From positions 1 through 61,169 of the forward strand of contig CALKGV010000027.1 of NCBI GenBank assembly GCA_938091805.1: a stretch of 61,169 nt of DNA, in the 5' to 3' direction. The notes beneath the pieces were generated by a model. That model saw only the letters and a list, made by a program, of their open reading frames with translations. It made no database searches and was not told where the DNA came from. How positions within the stretch are numbered: position 1 is the first letter of the stretch; each line of letters begins with the position of its first letter. Source of the DNA: an uncultured archaeon. GTDB taxonomy: Archaea; Thermoproteota; Bathyarchaeia; Bathyarchaeales; DTEX01. Shown piece by piece: positions 39,130-47,482 of the stretch. The translations under genes were made by a program, and so were the position numbers.

Positions 39130-39879
39130 TCAGGTTTTCATGGCGTGCAGTTTTCTTATTACAGAATAAATCCTCATAAGATCTTTCGAAAAATTTAGCT
39201 TCAGCCACCTCTCATAAAAAATGGACATTTTCCTTAAGGCAACGAATTTGCTATAAAGCTTCTTTTCCTCATCTATGAGATGCTTTTTTTCTATTCGCCC
39301 CTCAATGTTTTTCTTCATCAGTTTCATGTAACTATTAAGTATGCTCTTCGTTTTTCTTTCAATTCGTATTCTAACTCTATCAAGGAGCATTTTAACAGTT
39401 TTAGCATCGTTATCAATGATGGTCATTCTGGAAAATATTTTGGCGTCTTTGTCATTCTCTTTCATAAGCGTAAACAAATAGTTTACATTAAACAGGTTAC
39501 CCTTTTTGTCATATTTATTATTGTTGTGGCAGAAAGCATATACTGAACGGCAGATTTTTATGTAGGGCGTTCTCGAAAGTAGCCATCTGATTTTCCCCCC
39601 GTCATCCTTTCTGGCATTATACACAATAATGATGAGGCTGCCGAAATCAATAATGTTCCCCTCTTCATCATATATGGGTCTCCTAATTTCACGGGTTCTT
39701 TTAAGCAGCACCGGCTGATTTTCACCTATAATTTTTAGAGCTTCCTCAACTTTGCGATTTTCCACTTCCCAGAATGAACTACATATGCGTCTGCAACCTA
39801 AAGCATTAAGCCGCCTATATATCAACCCTCTATTTTCTTTCGAAGATTTATATGCAATATAAAATACCATTGTTGACAC
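39130..39879 (-). CDS. Hypothetical protein with two tandem Cas2/PaaX-like ferredoxin-type repeats and a basic helical tail
   Basis: Repeat 1 FYIAY..NRGLIYRRLNALGCRRICSSFW; repeat 2 IIIVYN..KIRWLLSRTPYIKICRSVY. Confidence 0.5.
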   Translation of the reverse strand: MSTMVFYIAYKSSKENRGLIYRRLNALGCRRICSSFWEVENRKVEEALKIIGENQPVLLKRTREIRRPIYDEEGNIIDFGSLIIIVYNARKDDGGKIRWLLSRTPYIKICRSVYAFCHNNNKYDKKGNLFNVNYLFTLMKENDKDAKIFSRMTIIDNDAKTVKMLLDRVRIRIERKTKSILNSYMKLMKKNIEGRIEKKHLIDEEKKLYSKFVALRKMSIFYERWLKLNFSKDLMRIYSVIRKLHAMKT

Positions 39880-40139
39880 CTTAAACCTCGCCGGAGTCCT
39901 CCCGTGACTGTATTGGCATAGCTATTGTAAAACCCCTATGCCTATTGTCAGCCATCTATAAATTTTTATCGTTAACCTTTTAACCACTAATTAAATATGC
40001 GTTTCCTCATTTTATTTTTGTTTCTGCTTGTGAACGCAGATATTTCAATATTGTTTTCTCATTGTTTACCGATTTATCGTAAAGTTGAGCATTTTAGATT
40101 TTTACTGAAATGTTTTACTCATGGCTAAAAATTATTTCA

Positions 40140-40730
40140 ATGGAAACATGATGTCAGCTGCCCACGGATAAATCCGTGGGCTTGAAGCTTTGGGTGGTTT
40201 TGGCGCCGCCTTCCACACCCTTCATACTTCAAGACGAGCCTACTGATGGAGGCTTCCCCCAGGAATCTGGCTCCAGAAATAGTATTTTGGGACGCTTACT
40301 TTCGGAGCCGCCCTGAGGGCGATGTTGAGGTTTGCCACTCGATCTCTATCTGCTTCGCATCCGCACTTGACGCATTTGAAGTAGACGTAGCCTTTCCAGT
40401 TTTCCCTGCCGACGTATCCACAGGTATTACGTTTTCTGAGGCGTCTAAGCCCTTCTATGACAATTTTAGCGTTGAACTGCTTGGCAAATCTAACTATTTC
40501 GTTTGCTATTTGCTATATTCTCGTTTTGACATAGTTTCTCTTCATTATGAGGCTAGTCAGCTTCCAGCCATCTTTAAGGTGCTTTCTTTCCTCAACTTAG
40601 CGTCGCCAACGTAGCCGAGGGCTTCCTTAACGAAATTAAGATAGCTTTCATAGGTTTCTCTAAGCAACTTTCCCTTAACCCTTGTGAGTTTAAGAATGTT
40701 GATAGGCAAACACTTCCTCGGAAGTGTTCC
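40140..40730 (-). mobile_element. tnpB: Degenerate IS200/IS605-family tnpB with right-end hairpin
   Basis: Minus-strand fragments: LTRVKGKLLRETYESY; QIANEIVRFAKQFNAKIVIEGL (RuvC-II Glu); FKCVKCGCEADRDRVANLNIA (Zn finger/RuvC-III). Stops and internal deletions present. Perfect hairpin GCCCACGGAT-AA-ATCCGTGGGC at 40160-40181. Confidence 0.88.
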
Positions 40731-40785
40731 TAAAAGAATTTATAAAGAAGCTTTAATTTAAATACTTACTGTCGCAATTCCTCCC

Positions 40786-41865
40786 ATGGTTAAAACCATG
40801 GGCTTCCTTGCGACAGAGGATTGTGAAGATAATGGGGGATGTTATATTAAGTTGAAGATTAAAGCTGGTATCCTATTCAACCTTCCGAGTAAACCTGCAA
40901 GGGGCGAGAGCATTGACTACTTAGCTGAAGCTGAGGTTCTAGACCAGGTGGATGCTGTTCAGCGCTCTCTTGAGAAACTTGGAGTTGGTTACCAATTATT
41001 CCCCATAAAAGACGATGTTGAGGATTTAGTTACGGCTTTAAAGCAATATAGGCCAGATGTTGTCGTAAATTTATGTGAGGGATTTAGGGGTAATAGTCAT
41101 CTTGAGATGCACGTGCCAGCTATCCTGGAGATTCTGGGGATACCCTATACTGGAGCGGATCCTCTAGCGTTAGGGCTATGTCAAGATAAGGGTTTAGCTA
41201 AAGACTTGCTGAGGGCACATAATGTTCCAACGCCAAAATATCAGATAATGGAAGAATCTGGTCGTTTAAGAAGCGACCTGAAGTTTCCATTGTTCATCAA
41301 GCCTTTGAAGGAGGATGCTAGCATAGGGGTGTCAAAGCGTAGCTTTGTTAGGGATTTTGGAGAATTAAAGGCTCAGGTTGATTATGTAAATAAGGTTTAT
41401 GGGCAGCCAGCATTAGTTGAAGAGTTTATTGATGGAAGAGAATTGAATGTATCAGTTTTAGGTGATAAGGATCCCCTAGTTCTGCCAATATCTGAAATAA
41501 TATTTGACCTTCAAGATGGGCTGAAAATTGTTGATTACGCATCTAAGTGGCTTAAAGAGAGTGAAGAGTATGCTAGAACTAGGCCGGTGTGTCCAGCGGA
41601 TTTAGATGATGAGGTAAGAAGGATTGTTGAAGAAGTAGCCTTAAAGGCTTATAGGGCGCTGCGCTGCAGGGATTATGCGCGGGTTGATATACGTTTGGAA
41701 AGCCGAACTAAAATCCCATACGTCTTAGAGGTTAACCCGAACCCCGACATATCGCCTGAGGCTGGCTTTAACCGGTCGCTGAAGGCTGCCAATATAACAT
41801 TTGAGGATTTCATTATGATAATATTAAATTTTGCCCTTAAACGGAGTGGAAAACAAGGTTTCTAA
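40786..41865 (+). CDS. D-Ala-D-Ala ligase-like ATP-grasp enzyme
   Basis: VVNLCEG, PYTGAD, FIKPLKEDASIG, EEFIDGRE, YARVDIR, LEVNPNPD; probable TTG start at 40852. Confidence 0.9.
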   Translation: MVKTMGFLATEDCEDNGGCYIKLKIKAGILFNLPSKPARGESIDYLAEAEVLDQVDAVQRSLEKLGVGYQLFPIKDDVEDLVTALKQYRPDVVVNLCEGFRGNSHLEMHVPAILEILGIPYTGADPLALGLCQDKGLAKDLLRAHNVPTPKYQIMEESGRLRSDLKFPLFIKPLKEDASIGVSKRSFVRDFGELKAQVDYVNKVYGQPALVEEFIDGRELNVSVLGDKDPLVLPISEIIFDLQDGLKIVDYASKWLKESEEYARTRPVCPADLDDEVRRIVEEVALKAYRALRCRDYARVDIRLESRTKIPYVLEVNPNPDISPEAGFNRSLKAANITFEDFIMIILNFALKRSGKQGF

Positions 41866-42904
41866 GCGGCTTATCCTTAATTAGATCCTGGAGACCATAC
41901 CTTTTAAGGGCTTGCCAAAGAATTGTGCATATGAGCTGCTCATAGGTTAAACCAGCAGCCCTTGCTGCTTCAGGTAAACATGAATGGGCATCAGGGTTTG
42001 GGATTAAACCGGGCAGTGGATTAACCTCCAAAACCCTTGGTGTGCTTTCACTATCTAACCTCATGTCTATGCGGCATAAATCTCTGCAATTTAGAACCTT
42101 AAATGTTTGAGTGGCAATATCTTTTATTTTGTTCTCGAGATTTAACGATATGCTCGCTGGGCACTCGAATATGTCTAGGGGTTTTTCCGGCGTATCCCAA
42201 ACCCATTTAGCCTCATAGGAGTATATTGGGCTGGCGCCGTTTGGCAGCTTATCAATTCGTATCTCAACTATTGGTAAAACAATCGGGTTTTCATTTCCAA
42301 TCAATCCAACTGTAAATTCTCTTCCAGGAAGGAACTCCTCAACAATGGCCGGCTGATTATAGGTTTCTATGATCCATAAAACCTGTTTTCTAAGGTTTTG
42401 CTCATCCTTAACTAGGGAGCTACTCCTAATGCCTTTGCTTGATCCCTCGGCTAGGGGCTTAACTACAAGTGGAAAATTTAAACAATCGCTAAGCTTTTCA
42501 TCAGCCCGCCTGAAAACCTGAAAGTTTGGGGATGGAATGCCGTAAGCGCTTAGGATTTTATGCGTTAAAGCCTTGTTTAGGCATATGGCAAGCGTATCTG
42601 GTCCAGAACCAGTATAGGGTATTCCAAGCATCTCTAGAATTACCGGTATATGTGACTCCCTGGACTCGCCACGGAAACCCTCAGCGATATTGAAAACTAT
42701 ATCCGGCTTCAACCTTCGAAGTTTACTGTAAGCATCCTCATTAGCTTCGATTTTTATAACTTTGCATCCTCCCATCTTTAGGGCCGAGGCTATAGCATCA
42801 ACGGTTTCTTCATCATCAAATTCTATGTAGAAATCCTCAGGTAAGTTTTCGTTAGCGCTAACTTTTCTTCTTAAATTATATGTAAGCCCAACCTTGAGTT
42901 TCAT
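41837..42904 (-). CDS. D-Ala-D-Ala ligase-like ATP-grasp enzyme (second paralog)
   Basis: VFNIAEG..GESRES, PYTGS, VKPLAEGSSKG, EEFLPGREF, RIDMR, LEVNPLPG. Confidence 0.9.
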   Translation of the reverse strand: MKLKVGLTYNLRRKVSANENLPEDFYIEFDDEETVDAIASALKMGGCKVIKIEANEDAYSKLRRLKPDIVFNIAEGFRGESRESHIPVILEMLGIPYTGSGPDTLAICLNKALTHKILSAYGIPSPNFQVFRRADEKLSDCLNFPLVVKPLAEGSSKGIRSSSLVKDEQNLRKQVLWIIETYNQPAIVEEFLPGREFTVGLIGNENPIVLPIVEIRIDKLPNGASPIYSYEAKWVWDTPEKPLDIFECPASISLNLENKIKDIATQTFKVLNCRDLCRIDMRLDSESTPRVLEVNPLPGLIPNPDAHSCLPEAARAAGLTYEQLICTILWQALKRYGLQDLIKDKPLRNLVFHSV

Positions 42905-42954
42905 TGCGCACATGCCCGCTGATGCCCAGCCTTAATATTCCGTTATACTACTCC

Positions 42955-44052
42955 TCATTTAACTGCTCTTTGTTGAATCTTGAGCAGTATGCGCTCCTCT
43001 TCTTCGGCTGGTATCTGCGGGTAAACATATATTTTTCCCTCATAGTTCCTTAAAACAACCTTTTCATCATCTATAGATAAAATGTAATCCGGCTGTAAGG
43101 GTATTTTCCCCCCGCCTCCAGGGGCATCGATAACGAAGCGCGGTATAGCTAGCCCCGATGTCCATCCGATGAGCGCTTCAAGTATTTTAATTCCAACTTC
43201 GACTCTCGTCCTGAAGTGATATGTGCCTTTAACAAGGTCCATTTGAAAGAGATAGTAGGGCTTTACACGAATCTTAAGTAGCTTCTGAAAAAGCTTCTTC
43301 ATTGTTTCAGGGTTATCATTAACTCCCCTAAGGAGAACAGATTGATTCCCAAGAGGTATGCCGGCGTCAGCCAGTAACCCGCAAGCCCTCTCGCTTTCCT
43401 CAGTTATTTCATTAGGATGCTCAAAGTGCACGTTCACGTATAATGGATGGTATTTTTTAAGAATTTTACATAATCTAGGCGTTATTCTCTGCGGCAACGT
43501 GCATGGAATCCTTGAACCTATTCTCAGTATTTCGACGTGAGGGATGGCCCTGAGTTTCTTGAGTAAAAACTCTATCGTGTCGTCTGGCAACATGAAGGGG
43601 TCTCCACCTGAGAGGAGAACATCTCTGATGCCAGTGTTCTCCCTTATATAATTGATCTGCGCCAGATACAAATCTTTAGAGAAGTTAATGAGGGGCTTCC
43701 CAACTTTTCTTTTTCTCGTGCAGAATCTGCAGTATGTGGCGCAGCTATTTGAGATGCACATTAAAACCCTGTCTGGATACCTATGAACCAAGCCTGGTAT
43801 TGGGCTTTCCTCCTCCTCGCTCAGCGGGTCATCATATCCATACGGGTCTTGGAGCTCAAGCGGGCTTGGGACGCATTGCTTCCAGATTGGATCCTCAACC
43901 TCTTCTATGAGGTCAAAGTAGTATCTTGAAATAAACATCGGATATTTCTCAACAACAGCCTTGATGGGGTTTATGTCGACGTTAAATTTATCTAAAATCT
44001 GCTCCGGTTTAGTTATGCTATTTTTAAGTATACTTTTCCAATCTTCTATCAT
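42955..44052 (-). CDS. KamA-family radical SAM aminomutase (lysine 2,3-aminomutase-like)
   Basis: HRYPDRVL, CATYCRFCTRKR, LSGGDP, NQSVLLRGVND, DAPGGGGK (PLP Lys). Confidence 0.93.
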   Translation of the reverse strand: MIEDWKSILKNSITKPEQILDKFNVDINPIKAVVEKYPMFISRYYFDLIEEVEDPIWKQCVPSPLELQDPYGYDDPLSEEEESPIPGLVHRYPDRVLMCISNSCATYCRFCTRKRKVGKPLINFSKDLYLAQINYIRENTGIRDVLLSGGDPFMLPDDTIEFLLKKLRAIPHVEILRIGSRIPCTLPQRITPRLCKILKKYHPLYVNVHFEHPNEITEESERACGLLADAGIPLGNQSVLLRGVNDNPETMKKLFQKLLKIRVKPYYLFQMDLVKGTYHFRTRVEVGIKILEALIGWTSGLAIPRFVIDAPGGGGKIPLQPDYILSIDDEKVVLRNYEGKIYVYPQIPAEEEERILLKIQQRAVK

Positions 44053-44144
44053 TCTTCTTTACGCGCGCTCACTGTAGCACGCTTAGATGCTACGAAAATA
44101 TATGTGTGCACAGCACATTATATATTTAAAGTTTTCTATCAATT

Positions 44145-44170
44145 CTTCTAGACTTCTTAAAGTCTAGAAG
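44145..44170. promoter_or_regulatory. 11-bp perfect inverted repeat next to the putative kamA promoter
   Basis: CTTCTAGACTT-CTTA-AAGTCTAGAAG; minus-strand BRE/TATA-like GAAAACTTTAAATA at ~44123-44136. Confidence 0.45.
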
Positions 44171-44175
44171 TCTTC

Positions 44176-44685
44176 TTAAAGATTCAGGACGTAAACGTCC
44201 TCACTGTAATATGTGCCGTCTTTAAGAATTCTCCTCACGCCTTCAAGCTTAAATCCGGCCTTCTCAGCCACATGTTTCATGGCGCTGTTCTCCTCAAGAG
44301 TTTCTATGATCAATTTTCTAATGCCCCTTCCTTTAGCCAACTTGATGGATTCTTTTACGAGGCTTGTTGCAACGCCCTTCCCCCAGTAATTTGGATGCAC
44401 GCTTATGCCTATGCTTGCAGCTTTCCCAGATTCTTCGTTAATGCGCCATAAGGCTAAGAAACCGATCGTCCGTCCTTCATGTTTAGCTATCAGAACATCT
44501 GCAAGATTGTTGTTTTGAAGATCCATGAAAAACTTCCTATACTCTTCAAGTTCCTTTTCAAAGTCTTCATCCGCATAATCAATAAGCCATTTTTTAACCA
44601 TAGGGTGGCGTTCAATCTCTACGATAGATTTAACGTCCTCATCCCTAAGAGGGGTCTGCTTGGCATTAATAATTTCAAATCTCAA
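44176..44685 (-). CDS. GNAT family N-acetyltransferase
   Basis: IGISVHPNYWGKGVAT acetyl-CoA motif A, N.AM..VAEKAGF. Confidence 0.88.
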   Translation of the reverse strand: MRFEIINAKQTPLRDEDVKSIVEIERHPMVKKWLIDYADEDFEKELEEYRKFFMDLQNNNLADVLIAKHEGRTIGFLALWRINEESGKAASIGISVHPNYWGKGVATSLVKESIKLAKGRGIRKLIIETLEENSAMKHVAEKAGFKLEGVRRILKDGTYYSEDVYVLNL

Positions 44686-44769
44686 CTTGTCCCCCCTAAA
44701 GGTTAAGAAAAAGAAGAAATTGAAGCGGTATAAAAGCGTTACCGAAAAATATATATCCTGGTAAATTTG

Positions 44770-45162
44770 CTACGCGTATCCATCCACTTCCAGATGGGAT
44801 TTCTGCCTGAGAAAAACTGTTGTTATGCCCTTATCCCTAAGCCTTCTTCTAAGTCTGCTGTCATTTGTTGCCACTATATATTTGCCTTCATTTGCAACAC
44901 GTAAAATTATATCGTCATAACTTTCACCAGGCCTTAACTCGACATCTACTATTCTACATTTTTTCACCAGTTCTAGGGCCGCTGAGAAATTTCTACGCGT
45001 CTTCTCAGATTTAACCGCTGAAAGCCTTTTCAGCTCATCTACAGTTGTTGATAGCACTATTGGCTCAAATCCTCCAATAAGAGCCTCTATTTCACTAAAA
45101 ATGTCCACTTTAAACTGGAATGGAACTAAAAGGAAATTTGCGTCCAATATGACCTTACGCAT
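44770..45162 (-). CDS. Fcf1/Utp24-like PIN ribonuclease (rRNA processing)
   Basis: VILDANFL, DEL, DDII, VATND..LRRRL, LRQK. Confidence 0.85.
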   Translation of the reverse strand: MRKVILDANFLLVPFQFKVDIFSEIEALIGGFEPIVLSTTVDELKRLSAVKSEKTRRNFSAALELVKKCRIVDVELRPGESYDDIILRVANEGKYIVATNDSRLRRRLRDKGITTVFLRQKSHLEVDGYA

Positions 45163-45193
45163 TCCGATGATCTCTCCCTAATCTAATCAGACT

Positions 45194-46222
45194 TTAGGAA
45201 TAGACTTTTGATAGGACCGCGCCTAGCTTCACTGCCTCTATTAGACTTTTCGGGTTTGCTATGCCCCTGCCAGCTATATCGTACGCTGTCCCATGATCCA
45301 CGGAGGTCCTAATGAACGGTAAACCTAGGGTTACGGCAACAGCTCCATAAAAGTCGAGAGTTTTTGCCGCTATATGTCCTTGGTCATGATAGAGCGACAG
45401 AACTGCGTCATATTTACGCTCTAACGCTTGATGAAAGACGCTATCAGCCGGAATTGGACCGCTAACGTTTAAACCCATATTCTGAAGTTCTTTAATGGCT
45501 GGGATTATCTCTTCGGATTCCTCTCTCCCTATAAGATCCTCCTCACCAGCATGAGGGTTAAGCGCAGCTATGGCTATTCTAGGATTCTCTATCCCTATGC
45601 GGCGTAGCGCCTCCCTAACTCTCAAACTCATATCAATAATTCTTGCCTTTTTCACGGCTTTAATCGCCTCAATTAAGGGTATATGCCTAGTTAAAAAGAA
45701 GATTCTCATGCCTCTAACCCAGAACATTGTAAGCGGCTCCTTAACCCCACATAGCCCGGCTAGCATCTCAGTGTGCCCAATATATTTGCTTCCAGCCATG
45801 TTTATAGCTTTTTTATTTATTGGGGCAGTGGCCACAGCATCTATTTCGCCTTTTAAGGCGTATTCCACGGCTTTCTCAATATACTCTATTGAGGCTCTCC
45901 CAGATTCAATTGAGGCTCTGCCCATCTCCAGTTTTTCAAGATCAACATTTCCCATATCTATAAGTTCAACGAGCCCCCTTTCTCCTTTAACCTCACATGG
46001 AGAATTCACAGATCTAAATTCTACGTTAATTCCTAATTGCCTACTCGTCTCCCTTAAAATTCCTAAATCGCCTATTAATATAGGCTTGCAAAGGACAAAA
46101 ATGCTGTCCTCTAATAAGGTTTTTACCGAAATTTCTGGGCCTACGCCGGCTGGGTCACCGATGGTTATTCCGACAACCGGCCGGCTGTCTTCCTTCATCC
46201 TATTTTCCTCAACCTGAACCAA
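45194..46222 (-). CDS. pdxA: PdxA-family dehydrogenase (4-hydroxythreonine-4-phosphate / D-threonate-4-phosphate)
   Basis: GDPAGVGPEI, TAPINK, GHTE, LNPHAGE, YHDQGH, RTSVDHGTA. Confidence 0.92.
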   Translation of the reverse strand: MVQVEENRMKEDSRPVVGITIGDPAGVGPEISVKTLLEDSIFVLCKPILIGDLGILRETSRQLGINVEFRSVNSPCEVKGERGLVELIDMGNVDLEKLEMGRASIESGRASIEYIEKAVEYALKGEIDAVATAPINKKAINMAGSKYIGHTEMLAGLCGVKEPLTMFWVRGMRIFFLTRHIPLIEAIKAVKKARIIDMSLRVREALRRIGIENPRIAIAALNPHAGEEDLIGREESEEIIPAIKELQNMGLNVSGPIPADSVFHQALERKYDAVLSLYHDQGHIAAKTLDFYGAVAVTLGLPFIRTSVDHGTAYDIAGRGIANPKSLIEAVKLGAVLSKVYS

Positions 46223-46254
46223 TTAAACTTTAAGACGATTCAGACCATCTATTC

Positions 46255-47349
46255 TCAACATAAATCTTTTCTCCCAATCCACTCGCGTTTTCTTCTAAGA
46301 TAATGCAGGTAAATTTGATAGGATACTTCTGGAGGAACCCTATGGTCGACTGTTGGTATATACCCGCCCTCTTTAAGTAGAGCGGTAAGATTCTCAAACT
46401 CCCTCTCTATGCCTCTCTCCCCAGCTACCAGTGCAAACTTGTTGACGCCGCCCATCAGTAAGACCTTGTTACCATATTTTTCCCTAAGCCTATAAATATC
46501 CGTGAAGCGGGCCTCTAGCGGAAACATGCAATTTATCCCGGATTTAAGCCAGCCTGGAACCAGGAGACCTATGTCACCGTCACAGTCTAATATATTTATG
46601 TATACGCCGTAATCCTTCAATACGTCAGTGACCTTCTTGTATCTTGGAACCATAAATTCCTCAAAGTGCCTTACGGATATTAGAGGTCCCCTACTATAGC
46701 ACATGTCCTCCCACCATGTTGCAAAATCCACCTTAACATCTCTCAGAGCCCTTCGAATTATTTTGATCCACAAATTTACTAAAGTATCCATCATTTCAGC
46801 GATCCAATCCGGATCCCTATGGAAAGATATCGATATTCTTTCGACGCCCATCCAATTTCTAAGCCAACCGTAAAGGCTTCCAACATGAATCCCTAGGGGG
46901 TAATCCCGTTCCCTATAGCTCTCTGCAACTTCATCCCAATTCAATGGGAAGCGCCCAGGCGTGTCAGGATCAAAAAACGGCCTCAGTTTTTCCCAGTCAT
47001 CTCTATTTTTTAATGGATAACGAATGTAATGCGGAACAGATGAGGTAGACGTTGTTCTTATGTATATGCCGCCCATCCCATCATCAACTATAGCCCGATC
47101 TCCCTCCTCCTTTATTATTCTCCCCGGTAACGCTGGCCACAATCCGGTTCTAATTGGGAGAATTTCAATGCAATCCCAACCCTCAAGCCCAAGGTAAAGC
47201 TCGATGTCTCTGTCAGTCTTCTTTTCCATCGGCAACCCCTCTTTATGCCATCTATCTATGGTTTCAGCCCAATATCCAAACTCATAATCTGGAACCCTAT
47301 CCACATCTTTAAACTCAAAGGTTCTGAGAAATCTTTCTTTATGGTTCAA
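46255..47349 (-). CDS. Uroporphyrinogen decarboxylase/MtaA-CmuA family protein
   Basis: ERFL...DRVP, WEDMCY..GPLIS, DCDG, GGVNK, GGYIPTVDH.VPP. Confidence 0.82.
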   Translation of the reverse strand: MNHKERFLRTFEFKDVDRVPDYEFGYWAETIDRWHKEGLPMEKKTDRDIELYLGLEGWDCIEILPIRTGLWPALPGRIIKEEGDRAIVDDGMGGIYIRTTSTSSVPHYIRYPLKNRDDWEKLRPFFDPDTPGRFPLNWDEVAESYRERDYPLGIHVGSLYGWLRNWMGVERISISFHRDPDWIAEMMDTLVNLWIKIIRRALRDVKVDFATWWEDMCYSRGPLISVRHFEEFMVPRYKKVTDVLKDYGVYINILDCDGDIGLLVPGWLKSGINCMFPLEARFTDIYRLREKYGNKVLLMGGVNKFALVAGERGIEREFENLTALLKEGGYIPTVDHRVPPEVSYQIYLHYLRRKREWIGRKDLC

Positions 47350-47482
47350 AATTCGTGCCTCCTAAGATATGTATAAATTTCATAATATAAAAATTAAGCA
47401 TTATGATGAATTATTGTTTTCTCCATAATTAACTGCGAATTTCCTTTTTATGTATGGACTAGGTCCGCTTCAGCGTAGCCTT

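Noticed and set aside
40246..40614. 122-aa plus-strand ORF
   Set aside because: Antisense shadow of the tnpB pseudogene.
40786..42904. Annotating the ATP-grasp genes as true ddl (cell-wall synthesis)
   Set aside because: They lack the N-terminal GGxSxE and HG..GEDG motifs of Ddl, there are no mur genes, and the host is archaeal.
45570..46217. 215-aa plus-strand ORF and the many similar Ser/Ile/Phe-rich antisense ORFs
   Set aside because: Fully overlap well-supported genes on the opposite strand and show no motifs.
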